Source of the DNA: Clostridiales bacterium
GTDB taxonomy: Bacteria; Bacillota; Clostridia; Oscillospirales; Oscillospiraceae
Direction of reading: 5' to 3'
Assembly (NCBI GenBank): GCA_029265405.1
Contig: JAJUJI010000009.1
Location: 1-64,000 of the forward strand
Length of the DNA stretch: 64,000 bases
This document shows positions 18,959 to 28,096 of this stretch, piece after piece. The number at the start of each line of letters is the position of its first letter. Positions within the stretch are counted from its first letter, which is position 1. Below the pieces are notes generated by a model that worked only from the letters and a program-made list of their open reading frames with translations, ran no database searches and was not told the origin of the DNA. Position numbers and translations under genes: made by a program.

Positions 18959-20956
18959 TTATTTTTCCGCATCCCCGGAGGCGTAATATATATCCAGCCT
19001 GTCGCCGTTATTAAGCGTCTGCAGGAAGGCGGCGTCCGCGCCGTTGACGCGAAGGATCACCCTCCCCGTCGGGTTGTCCAGATTGATGCCGGACATTTCG
19101 ATCATATCCATCAGATAGTATGGCGCACCGTCCGGCTTTCTGGACAGCACCACAGGCTGGTTGTTTACGAAAAACACGACGCGCTCGTCCTCCTCGGCCG
19201 GCGCTTCGGGTTCCCTTGTCTCCCGGCTCGTTTCGGCGACTCCCTCCGGCGCTTCCAAGGCCGGCTCTTTCCTGACCTCCCTCGTTACAACAACATCTCC
19301 CTGCTTAAGCAGGGTGTCCGCCGGGACCTCCCTGCCGTTGACTGTGGCTTCGCGCCCCGGATAAGCCGCAAGCAGCTCCCCCAGGCGGAGCTGGGCGGGC
19401 TTGCCGTGGGCGGCCGGAGTGAAGTCTATCGCGTCTCCGGCGTGCACCACGCTCGACAGCTTAGCCTCCCTGCCGTTGAGCAGGAGCCTGGCCGGCTCCC
19501 CGGGCGAGCCGTAATAGACGCTCTGCTTCCCGTCGAGCAGTATCGTAAGCTTTGGACCTGAGCGCGGCATGAAATCCTGATATGTATAGCCGTTCATCAT
19601 CAGGATATCCATCACGGTCATGGCGTTGTTGCGGAACAGCTTGGCGCGCGCGCCGTTCAAAGTTATCTGAAAGCTTTCGTTTATCAGGTTCAGCCCCGCG
19701 GAAACGGCGATGCCCAGTGGCGTCGCGTATTCCGGATCGTTTATATTGTATTCATCCGAATAGGCATAGGCTTGGAAATTGTTCCCACCGATGACCACGC
19801 GGTTCAAATCCATCTTCAGCTGCTTTGCCACGCCTTCCCGCAGTCCCGCAAGCTTGCTGCCGCCTCCGGCGAGGAACACGGCCGAGGGCGGGCCGCCGTT
19901 TACCTGGCGGATGCGCTCTGCGATCTCGCTGCAAAGCTCAGACGCGGAATCCTCAATGCAGGCAAGCATATCCTCCTGTGAAATCGTCTGCTCCATACCT
20001 AAGATGTCGGTAACCGAGACTGTTTTTTGCGTTCCAAGCTGCGTTTTGACGAGCTCTGCTGTGTTGAAATCCAGCAGGTATTTTTTCATGAGCGATTCGG
20101 TTATCTCGTCTCCGGCGACCGTGGCCATGGTATAGCCGGCTATTCCCCCGTCGCGGCATACGGCTATATCCGAAGTGCCCGCGCCTATGTCTACGAGCGC
20201 CAGATTCAGCAGGCGCAGCTTTTTCGGTATTACGGCGTTTATGGCCGCTATAGGCTCCAGAGTAAGACTGGCGACCTCCAGCTCGAGCTTTTTCATTACG
20301 GTATAAAGGCTGTCCACAACCTCGCTGGGCAGGAAGGTGGCTATTACGTCCGCGCGGATACGGCGGGCCTGATGCTCCAAAAGATTCGAGAGCGGATAAT
20401 TATCCGCATAATATTGCACAACGGTATGCCCCACCAGGTAGAAGCGTCTGGCGTTTTCAGAGTCCAGCCCGCTGTTGAAGGCGTTCTCCGCTTCGCATAT
20501 GGCTCCAGCTTCCAGGCGGCTTATTATCTCCTCGTCCAGCCTTTGGAGCTGCGGGAGTTCAAGCTCATAAGACGCCTTCTGCGTTTGCAGGGCGCGGCCC
20601 GCAGCGGCGACGCAAACCCTTTTAAGCCTGCATCCAAGCTTTCCCTCCAATCTGCCTTTTACAACGCGCGCTACCTTCGCGACTTCGTCTATGTCCTCGA
20701 TTTGGCCGTCTATCATCGAGCGCTGGGCGTGCTCTTCCTTTTCAATGGCTGTGACCTTTAACCTCTCGCCGTCCACCGTTCCGGCAATTCCTATTATGCT
20801 GCGCGTGCCGATGTCAAGCGCAAAAACCATATCGGCCGGCTGCGGCTTAAGCTTCGGCTTTTTCGGCTTGCTATCATGCGGCGGGCGCTTGCCGCCTGTA
20901 TTCGCGGGCCTCATATTATTCGAGCCTGACATGCAAAGACCCCTTTTCCCGTTCAA
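18959..20956 (-). CDS. FtsA-like actin-family ATPase with about 250-aa C-terminal extension of repeated small beta-grasp-like (ThiS/MoaD-like 'NG...GD') modules
   Basis: FtsA-like motifs (ALDIGTRSI; VDIGAGTSD; LAGGGS). The C-terminus has no amphipathic helix; instead it carries 3-4 repeats of V/LNGxx..L..GD. Confidence 0.6.
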   Translation of the reverse strand: MNGKRGLCMSGSNNMRPANTGGKRPPHDSKPKKPKLKPQPADMVFALDIGTRSIIGIAGTVDGERLKVTAIEKEEHAQRSMIDGQIEDIDEVAKVARVVKGRLEGKLGCRLKRVCVAAAGRALQTQKASYELELPQLQRLDEEIISRLEAGAICEAENAFNSGLDSENARRFYLVGHTVVQYYADNYPLSNLLEHQARRIRADVIATFLPSEVVDSLYTVMKKLELEVASLTLEPIAAINAVIPKKLRLLNLALVDIGAGTSDIAVCRDGGIAGYTMATVAGDEITESLMKKYLLDFNTAELVKTQLGTQKTVSVTDILGMEQTISQEDMLACIEDSASELCSEIAERIRQVNGGPPSAVFLAGGGSKLAGLREGVAKQLKMDLNRVVIGGNNFQAYAYSDEYNINDPEYATPLGIAVSAGLNLINESFQITLNGARAKLFRNNAMTVMDILMMNGYTYQDFMPRSGPKLTILLDGKQSVYYGSPGEPARLLLNGREAKLSSVVHAGDAIDFTPAAHGKPAQLRLGELLAAYPGREATVNGREVPADTLLKQGDVVVTREVRKEPALEAPEGVAETSRETREPEAPAEEDERVVFFVNNQPVVLSRKPDGAPYYLMDMIEMSGINLDNPTGRVILRVNGADAAFLQTLNNGDRLDIYYASGDAEK

Positions 20957-21020
20957 CTAGTCTTCGTCGCATTTGGCGTAACGGTTTTTTCAAATTGCGC
21001 TTATTTTATTTTATATCGTC

Positions 21021-21079
21021 AAAAAAAAGCTCAAAATTAGCGCCCGCCGGAAAATGCTTAGGCTTGTTTTCAGGCGGGC
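21021..21079 (-). terminator. Possible terminator after the ECF gene (weak, large loop)
   Basis: GCCCGCC...GGCGGGC, with a run of T on the minus strand after the hairpin. Confidence 0.3.
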
Positions 21080-21093
21080 AAGTAGTTCATATA

Positions 21094-23802
21094 TTAATTT
21101 TTTGCGGAGCAAAGCTCTCCCTCTTGCCTGGCTCGGCGTTTTTCCGCCTCCATCAGGCCGTACTTCAGCTTCACCCTGTCCAGCTTTTCAAGCATGGGCC
21201 CCGAAAACAGCCAGAGGAATATCACCGTGGAAGCGCCGTGTATGAGATCAACCGGCAGCCCCGTCACATAGGCCGCCAGTATCATGCTCCAGTTTACGGT
21301 ATTGTAGTACATTATCACGGACGCAGGATTCAAAATGCCGCCGTAGATAATCACTGAAGCTATGCCTCCGAAAATGCAGAGAGACAGCCTGCCCCGGCCG
21401 AGAAGCCCTTTTCTGTGCAGGATCCCGGCAAGAAAGCCTATTATGCCCATGCCGAACATCTGCCAGGGAGTCCAAGGGCCCTGCCCGAAGAAGAAATTGG
21501 AAACAAAGGCTATCATCGCGCCGACTAGGAAGCCGGTTTCGCCTCCGAAGGCGACCGCCGAGATAATCACCACGGCCAGCACCGGCGAAACGTAGGGCAG
21601 CATGTAAAACGCCGTCCTTCCCGCCACGCCTATTGCGCAGAGCACGGACATTATCACAAGCTCCCGTGCCTGCGGCCTCCGGCTCTCGAAAACCAGCGCG
21701 AAGGGCAGCATGGTTTCAGCAATTATAAGCAGGGAGGTGACGTAATACCTCCTGCCGCCGAAAAAATAGATTCCGGCAAATATCGTCAGCGGCGCCGCAA
21801 GAATTATCATCGCCAGCGCGGCAAGCGTGCGGCGCGGCAGCCTGCCCCTTACGCGCCCGGCCGCTTCCCCGGGCTCCTCCTTTTTTGAAACGGCCAAACC
21901 CAGACCCGCCAAAGACACGAGCAAAACTATATAAACGCCTATATTCCTAAGCTCGAACAGCGACTCGTAATCGCCGAGTCTTATGACCCAGCCAAAGCAG
22001 CCAAGCGCGATAGCGCCGAAAACGCAGCCGAGCGCCCTTCTCCAAAGAGGCAGCCTGTTTTTTTTCATCTCCGCCGCCTTGGCCTGGGCAAGACTGAAAT
22101 ATTCCTCGGCTCCGCCGTCAAAATCTACGTCAATCTCGTCGTTTTCGGGCTTGACGCCGAAGGCCGCAACCACGTCCGCCTCCGTAACGGCGTCGGGCAA
22201 GAGGTGACGGGCCAACCGGTTGGCCGCCGTCGTATAAAAGCTGTTGCCGGAAAAGAAAGCTCCCGGCGGTCCCTCCGCCACGACGCTCCCGTCGAAAAAC
22301 ATGGCGCAGCGATGCGCGTAGGAGGCGCAAAACTCTATGTCATGGCTGACCATCACGACCGCGACGCCGCCGTCCGTAAGCTTCTTGATGATGGCCGCCA
22401 GCACTCTTTTAAATTCGGCGTCCAGCCCCTTTGTCGGCTCGTCCAGGAGCAAGAGCCTCGGCCTTAGCAGCAGCACCTTGGCCAGCGCCGCCCTCTGCTG
22501 CTCGCCGCCGGACAGGTCGTAGGGGTGCCTGTCCAGCATTTGTTCAATGGCGCAAAGCTTAGCCGCTCCGTAGGCCCGCCGCTCCCTCTCGGCCTTATCC
22601 ATCCCCTTAGGCAGTATCTCCAGCAAGTCCTCCATGACCGTGCTTTTGACAAAAAGGGCCTGCGGATTTTGCGGAAGAACGCCTACAAGTCCGTCGAAAA
22701 GGTTCGGGATTTCGGACAGGTTCCGGCCGAACAGCTTGATTTTTCCTCTGTAGGGCTTATTTATTCCCGAAATCAGGCTGAGCGTCGTGGTCTTGCCCGT
22801 ACCGTTCCCGCCGAGCAGGGCAAAGAACTCGCCCGCGCAGACCTTCAGCGACAGGCCTTTGACTATGTCGTGGCCTTCCTTTTCATATCTGAACCAGACC
22901 TCGTCAAGCTCGACTGCGCTCTCTCCGGCGGGCTTAGGCTCCGCCTTCTTCTCCGGCATGGCATAGGCCTTTTTTGCGGCGTATTCGGTCAGCCATGCTC
23001 TCCCGTCCCTAACGGTCACGGGGCAGGGCCCTTCCCCTTTAAGAGCGGCGTACAGCCTCATTGGCGTCGGCATGGCGAGAAACATCCCCCCGCCCGCGCG
23101 CCTGAGGCTTTCCCCCACCTCCGCCGGCGCGCCGTCCAGAATGAGCCGGCCGCGCTCCATGACAAGCACCCGGCTGCTCATCGGCAAAACCTCCTCGAGC
23201 CTGTGCTCCGTCATTATGACTGTGGTGCCAAGCTCGCGGTTTATGCGCTCCACTGCGGCGAGAAAATCCGAGGCCGCGATAGGGTCAAGCTGGCTTGTGG
23301 GCTCGTCAAGAATAAGCGCCGAGGGATGCATCGCCATAATGGAGGCGAGGTTTAAAAGCTGCTTCTGTCCTCCCGAAAGCTCGGAAACATTTTTGTGGAA
23401 CCAATCCTGTATGCCGAAAAAGCTTGCCATTTCAGCCACTCTGCGCCGTATGGTCGGAGTGTCGTAGCCCAGGCTCTCCAGCCCGAAGGCCAGCTCGTGC
23501 CAGACCTTGTCCGTAACCACCTGGTTGTCGGGGCTTTGCAGAACAAAGCCTATTTTAGCCGTCTGCTCGCGCAGCTCCACCTCGTCCAATATTTTGCCAT
23601 AAAACAACACCTCTCCGCTTCTATCTCCGTGCGGAGCCAGCGCCGATTTGAAGTGCCTGAGCAGGGTGGATTTCCCGCAGCCCGAGGGACCGCAAAGGGT
23701 TATGAACTCGCCTTCGGATACCGATAGGCATATCCCGTCCAAGGCCCTCGTTTTTTGCCGGGGATAGGAAAAGCTTAAGCTGTCGGTCCTAAATATTTCC
23801 AT
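21094..23802 (-). CDS. Fused ECF-transporter energising module: tandem ABC ATPase domains (EcfA-EcfA'-like) plus C-terminal polytopic membrane domain (S-component-like)
   Basis: Two complete NBDs (Walker A GPSGCGKST and GGNGTGKTT; signatures LSGGQKQ and LSGGEQQ), then about 300 aa with at least 6 TMs. 902 aa in total. Confidence 0.8.
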   Translation of the reverse strand: MEIFRTDSLSFSYPRQKTRALDGICLSVSEGEFITLCGPSGCGKSTLLRHFKSALAPHGDRSGEVLFYGKILDEVELREQTAKIGFVLQSPDNQVVTDKVWHELAFGLESLGYDTPTIRRRVAEMASFFGIQDWFHKNVSELSGGQKQLLNLASIMAMHPSALILDEPTSQLDPIAASDFLAAVERINRELGTTVIMTEHRLEEVLPMSSRVLVMERGRLILDGAPAEVGESLRRAGGGMFLAMPTPMRLYAALKGEGPCPVTVRDGRAWLTEYAAKKAYAMPEKKAEPKPAGESAVELDEVWFRYEKEGHDIVKGLSLKVCAGEFFALLGGNGTGKTTTLSLISGINKPYRGKIKLFGRNLSEIPNLFDGLVGVLPQNPQALFVKSTVMEDLLEILPKGMDKAERERRAYGAAKLCAIEQMLDRHPYDLSGGEQQRAALAKVLLLRPRLLLLDEPTKGLDAEFKRVLAAIIKKLTDGGVAVVMVSHDIEFCASYAHRCAMFFDGSVVAEGPPGAFFSGNSFYTTAANRLARHLLPDAVTEADVVAAFGVKPENDEIDVDFDGGAEEYFSLAQAKAAEMKKNRLPLWRRALGCVFGAIALGCFGWVIRLGDYESLFELRNIGVYIVLLVSLAGLGLAVSKKEEPGEAAGRVRGRLPRRTLAALAMIILAAPLTIFAGIYFFGGRRYYVTSLLIIAETMLPFALVFESRRPQARELVIMSVLCAIGVAGRTAFYMLPYVSPVLAVVIISAVAFGGETGFLVGAMIAFVSNFFFGQGPWTPWQMFGMGIIGFLAGILHRKGLLGRGRLSLCIFGGIASVIIYGGILNPASVIMYYNTVNWSMILAAYVTGLPVDLIHGASTVIFLWLFSGPMLEKLDRVKLKYGLMEAEKRRARQEGELCSAKN

Positions 23803-24689
23803 TTCCTATCCTCCGTAAGGTCAAAAATCAGGGGCGCCGAACAGAGCGCCAGATAAACAATGAAAAGGCTGAGCGTAAAAAGTCCGCCCAGCTCGCCCTT
23901 CAGGCGCGGGTAGTACTGCCAATACAGCCCGTGCGAGGCGGCGCCCGCAGCTATATAGACGCCGCAGGCCATAAAGAAGCCCAGCATATATCCGTCGCGC
24001 CTGTCAAAGCGGTATATTGAAAAGGCCGTCCTTCCCTTTAATCCGTAGCCTCGGCTTCTCATGCTGTCCGCCGTCTCGATGGCGTTTTCCAGCGCCCAGG
24101 TTGTCATTATGGAGAGGATGGTCAGGCCGTGCTTCAGCCTGTCGAGCGGCCCTCCGTTTGTAACGTCGCGCCCAATGCATTTCTGGGCGCTTGACACAAT
24201 CTTGGCTTGCGCCTTGAAACGGGGCACAAAGCGCAAGGTCATGGAAAATACCAGAGAAAGCGCCGGGATTACCCGGCCGAAAAGATAGACGAACTTATCC
24301 GAGGTCATGACCGCGTTATAGCAGGAAAACCAGAAAATAACCGTTACCAGCATCACCGCCGCCGCGACTCCGTAAATAATGCTCTCCAAGGTCAGCGGAT
24401 TGCCGCTTCGCAGGTATGCCAGTATCGTAACGCCCTCATGGTTGAACATGGGATTGATCAGGGCGGTAAGCAGCAGCAGCGGCAGCATGTATCTCAGACT
24501 AAAGCGCGCCGCCCTTGCGCCGTTCAAATAAATCGAATAGCTCAGCGAACAGGCCAGCGAGATAAGCAGGCAGACCGGATGCATGAATATCATAGAGCAA
24601 AGCAGCACAAGAAAAAAGTATGTGAAATTAACCGCGGGGTGACAGCCGGAAAAGGCGTCCTTATTCCTCATTCGTCGTCGCTCCCACAT
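23775..24689 (-). CDS. ECF transporter transmembrane (T) component, EcfT/CbiQ family
   Basis: CbiQ-like TM topology with the conserved coupling-helix region (TADSMRSRGY). Confidence 0.7.
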   Translation of the reverse strand: MWERRRMRNKDAFSGCHPAVNFTYFFLVLLCSMIFMHPVCLLISLACSLSYSIYLNGARAARFSLRYMLPLLLLTALINPMFNHEGVTILAYLRSGNPLTLESIIYGVAAAVMLVTVIFWFSCYNAVMTSDKFVYLFGRVIPALSLVFSMTLRFVPRFKAQAKIVSSAQKCIGRDVTNGGPLDRLKHGLTILSIMTTWALENAIETADSMRSRGYGLKGRTAFSIYRFDRRDGYMLGFFMACGVYIAAGAASHGLYWQYYPRLKGELGGLFTLSLFIVYLALCSAPLIFDLTEDRKWKYLGPTA

Positions 24690-25188
24690 CGGCTCCCAGG
24701 TCGCAGGTGTACAGCACCTTCACCTCGTCGCCGTCCTTAAGCTTGTAAAGGGCGCAGCCGTAAGAAGGAAAATCGCCGTTGACGCTGTAGACCCAGCCCG
24801 AAAGCTCTCCGCAGTCAAACTCATACAAATTTCCTATACCCTCAATGTAGGCCGATTCGTAAACCTTGGACTCGACATACTCGAAATGCAGCTTCCGGCT
24901 CTGGCATTCACGCTGCAGGACGTCGAACACGGATTCGCCCTCGGTAAACTCGGCATTATCGACATACAGTATGAGGCCGTCCTCCGGCACCAGCTCCCTT
25001 TTGCCCTCGGCCAGCTTGTCCATGTTGTCCAGTATGGTATCGCAGCGTATTTCTATGCTGCAGTGGTATTTAGGGCCGGAAGGTTCCGGCTCAGAAGCGG
25101 CTTTTTCCGTTTCTGAGCCGCAGGCGGCCATAAACGCCGCGCAAGCCAGCCCCATCAGGAGCGCCGCAATTAATCCTGTCTTTTTCAT
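24661..25188 (-). CDS. DUF4430-family lipoprotein (transcobalamin beta-domain-like; putative corrinoid-binding)
   Basis: Lipobox AACG, 175 aa, DUF4430-type motif (GWVYSVNGDFPSYGCALYKLKDGDEV). Confidence 0.6.
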   Translation of the reverse strand: MKKTGLIAALLMGLACAAFMAACGSETEKAASEPEPSGPKYHCSIEIRCDTILDNMDKLAEGKRELVPEDGLILYVDNAEFTEGESVFDVLQRECQSRKLHFEYVESKVYESAYIEGIGNLYEFDCGELSGWVYSVNGDFPSYGCALYKLKDGDEVKVLYTCDLGADVGATTNEE

Positions 25189-26270
25189 TTGCGCAATATT
25201 CCTTTATATCTCCCTGTTTCGGCTTTGAAAATGAGCGTCCTCTCAAGCCCGGGCCTCCTCCGTTCCCGCTCCCTCGTTATCTTTGCCAGGGCGGCGAGCG
25301 CCGAAAAGGCCTGCTCGGTGGCTACCGGATTCCCGCCGTCTCCCTTGAGATGGCAGAAGCTCCCGTCCTCGTTTCGGTATGTCATCAGGTTATCCAGCGG
25401 CGAGAGGCCGTTTTTCATAAAGCGTTGGTCGTTTATTGAGATCCCCAGCCTGCACAGCGCGATAATTACCTGCGAAACGCTCTCGGCGTTGGGGTCGCCC
25501 ATGCTTTTATAGCCTCCGTCCGGCTGCTGGAGCTCGGACAGCTTTTTTACCGCAGCCGCCACCGCCGCCGCGACATCTTCCCTGTAGGTATATTTGGAGA
25601 GAGCCTGCAAGGCCATCGCCGTTATATCCGGGTCGGCGTATTTGCCCATGAAGGCGAAGCCGCCGCCCTCCAGCTCCCTTGAGAGGATATAATCTACGTA
25701 CTTTTCGCGGGTCGCCCGTGTCTTTGCCTTCGGGTTGTCCGGAATGTCGTAATTTCCGCTGTCCAGGGCTATCAGCGCCCAGATCGGGCCGTTTATCCCC
25801 TGCGCAATAGTCGCCTCAAAGTCGCCAAGCGGCAGCGTCAGGTCATAGCCGGCGACGTTTGCCGCGTTATAGCCCGCCGCCGTGACTGCGTAAATGGTTT
25901 TAGAATACTCGGCGTATTTGCGCTCGCTTATCACTCCTCCGCGTTCCTTTAGGAATTCGACGAGGTTGCCGTAATAGTCCTCAAAATAGCCGTCCGGTCT
26001 TTTAAAACCGCCTTCGCCGAGGGCCGCTATAACCCATTCGCCTCCGACGTCTCCAGGATAAGGCTCGGAGAAGGTCTTGACAATATACTCCGCCGTCGTG
26101 CCGCCGGCTGCAACAGGGTCAACTTCGGCCGCCTCGGCGGGCGCAAGGACGATAGAGAGGCTTATATACAAAGCCGGTATAAGGCTCAGCGCTTTAAGCC
26201 GGAAAGCCTCCGCCCGCGTTTTGCGGGCAGAGGCCGTGCCTTTTTTAATTCCAGCATGGTCGATCATCAC
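25185..26270 (-). CDS. Secreted prenyltransferase/squalene-oxidase-repeat-like alpha/alpha-toroid protein (transcobalamin alpha-domain-like)
   Basis: Signal peptide, repeated aromatic/Gly-rich helical hairpin motifs (QPDGGY, NEDGSF, ELEGGGF) typical of alpha/alpha toroid repeats. Confidence 0.6.
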   Translation of the reverse strand: MMIDHAGIKKGTASARKTRAEAFRLKALSLIPALYISLSIVLAPAEAAEVDPVAAGGTTAEYIVKTFSEPYPGDVGGEWVIAALGEGGFKRPDGYFEDYYGNLVEFLKERGGVISERKYAEYSKTIYAVTAAGYNAANVAGYDLTLPLGDFEATIAQGINGPIWALIALDSGNYDIPDNPKAKTRATREKYVDYILSRELEGGGFAFMGKYADPDITAMALQALSKYTYREDVAAAVAAAVKKLSELQQPDGGYKSMGDPNAESVSQVIIALCRLGISINDQRFMKNGLSPLDNLMTYRNEDGSFCHLKGDGGNPVATEQAFSALAALAKITRERERRRPGLERTLIFKAETGRYKGILRK

Positions 26271-26337
26271 TTAAACGTTCCTTACGAATGCCGCTCATCC
26301 TTGATAGCTCCCGTCTCCGACGGGCAAAGATCCCGGT

Positions 26338-27276
26338 TCAGAACAGCTTCAGCACCTGCCCGGGATAAATCAGCCTGGGGTTGGTCAGAATGTCCGTATT
26401 GCATGCAAACAGCTCTCCCCACTTGGCGCCGCTGCCGTATATTTTTTGGCATATGGTCCACAGGCAGTCGCCCGGAACGACGGTGTAGGTGCCCGAGGCC
26501 GAAGCTGCGGAGCCCTGAGACTTGGAAGCGGACGAGGCTGCCTTTCCGCCGGAGGTAACGATGCATACAGGCGGCACCAGGGTCTGGCTGTCGGACCTTG
26601 CGCTTACGATGTAGGTTCCGGCCTTGTCAAAGCTCAAGGTCACCTTTCCCTCCGCGTCGGTCTTGGCGGAGGTCGCCTTTCCGTCAACATAGATGACCGC
26701 GCCCGCCGCCGGAGAGGAAACCAGGTTCCAATCGGCGTCATATGTCAGTGCCTTTAGCGTCAAAGTTACGGTGGAGCCGGAGGCCGTTGTTTTGTCGAAA
26801 TACGCATAGCAGTCGCTCCAGTTCGTCAGGTCGGAATAGGAGTAGGCCGCAAGATAGTCCCCGTCCTTCACGGCATCGGTCAGGCTCATGCACATGCTGT
26901 TGTTCAGGTAGTAGCCGTAGCTGCCCCCGTTTTCAACGCCCCAAAGCTTGTCGATGGACAGGCCCCAGTTTCCCTTGGAGGATTTGTAGCCCGCCGCCGA
27001 GCCGCCGCTGAAATATGCGTCATGTGCGGCAATAAGGGCGTCGTTGACGGTAAGCGTCCCGTCCCCGTCCTTGTCCGAAACGTCAACGGGCTTGTTGATA
27101 ACCACAAGCTCCCCGGCGCTGGATATGGTTATGCTGATTTTAACGCTGCCGGCCGCCGCCGCCGGCAGAAGAGAGGCGCACAGCAAAAGCGCAAGGGCAA
27201 ACGCAGCGATTCTTTTCATTTTCATTCCTCCGTTAAAATTTAAGCCGCGCGGACCCGCGCGGCCGTCCCTTTTCAA
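26338..27276 (-). CDS. Secreted DUF4430-like domain protein with C-terminal LysM peptidoglycan-binding domain
   Basis: Signal peptide from the internal start MKMKRIAAF (about 27222). C-terminal LysM (YTVVPGDCLWTICQKIYGSG...IYPGQVLKL). Confidence 0.65.
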   Translation of the reverse strand: MKRDGRAGPRGLNFNGGMKMKRIAAFALALLLCASLLPAAAAGSVKISITISSAGELVVINKPVDVSDKDGDGTLTVNDALIAAHDAYFSGGSAAGYKSSKGNWGLSIDKLWGVENGGSYGYYLNNSMCMSLTDAVKDGDYLAAYSYSDLTNWSDCYAYFDKTTASGSTVTLTLKALTYDADWNLVSSPAAGAVIYVDGKATSAKTDAEGKVTLSFDKAGTYIVSARSDSQTLVPPVCIVTSGGKAASSASKSQGSAASASGTYTVVPGDCLWTICQKIYGSGAKWGELFACNTDILTNPRLIYPGQVLKLF

Positions 27277-27521
27277 TCAAGTCTGATAGGCGCAAAAAAA
27301 GCCCTTCAAACCGAAATTGAACAGGCAAAAAAGCGTTTCCTGGTTCCGGCAGAAACACAACCCGCTTCCATGTTCCTGACTTGCCCAAACTCTTCAAGCT
27401 CGGACGCACAGTGACCGACTCGTGGGTTCTTACCCCTTTCCATGTTCCGGTTCGACCGGTGAAGCGGCTGCACATTATTAACCTATAAAATAATTTATCA
27501 TGATTAGCCCGGCGGTGTCAA
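27264..27521 (-). promoter_or_regulatory. Promoter (TTGACA-N17-ATAAAT, 27493-27521) plus about 230-nt leader: candidate cobalamin riboswitch with terminator hairpin (27244-27263) abutting the Shine-Dalgarno of the downstream gene
   Basis: On the minus strand: GTCACTG (GCCACTG-like), GGGCAAGTCAGGAACATGG (B12-box-like), CCGGTCGAACCGG, then GCCGCGCGG-loop-CCGCGCGGC and GGAGG. Confidence 0.4.
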
Positions 27522-28096
27522 GCTATTTCGAGATAGCTGAATTTTCCGCCGCCAATTGAAATCATGTACCCTTCGCCCGCCTTCGGCTGCCACTGGTACC
27601 GGTTTTTGCCCTCGCTAGGGAAGCACTTTTCCATCACAGCCGCAATCACGCCGCCGTGAACGACGGCAAGAACATTGCCGCCCCCCCTAATAAAGTCGTC
27701 CAGGGCTTCATATACCCGCAGCTTCATATCAAGGCCGCTTTCCCCGCCGGGGCAGCGTTTCGCCTCGTTGTCTCCGCTTATCCATTCAAGGTAAGCCGGG
27801 TCGTTTTTCAAATCCTCGTATGAACGCAGCTCGAAGGCTCCGAAATCCATCTCTCTTAGCCTTGCGTCGGCGCGATGAGGCCTGAGGCCGTAAATATGGA
27901 AAAAGGTCTGCTCCGTCCTCAGCAGACCGCTGGTATATATTCCGTCGAAGCAGTCCAGGGCTGGATATATCCCCCTGGCCGCCCGCTCTCTGAGGCCCCT
28001 GACGCCGGCTTCCGATAAGGGCAGGTCTGAGCTTCCGCAATACAGGCCCTTTTCGTTTGCTTCCGTCAGCCCATGTCTGATAAGGCAAAGCTTCAT
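27518..28096 (-). CDS. cobC: Histidine-phosphatase-family alpha-ribazole phosphatase (CobC-type)
   Basis: RHG catalytic motif (LIRHGLTEANE). 192 aa. Located in the cob nucleotide-loop operon. Confidence 0.7.
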   Translation of the reverse strand: MKLCLIRHGLTEANEKGLYCGSSDLPLSEAGVRGLRERAARGIYPALDCFDGIYTSGLLRTEQTFFHIYGLRPHRADARLREMDFGAFELRSYEDLKNDPAYLEWISGDNEAKRCPGGESGLDMKLRVYEALDDFIRGGGNVLAVVHGGVIAAVMEKCFPSEGKNRYQWQPKAGEGYMISIGGGKFSYLEIA

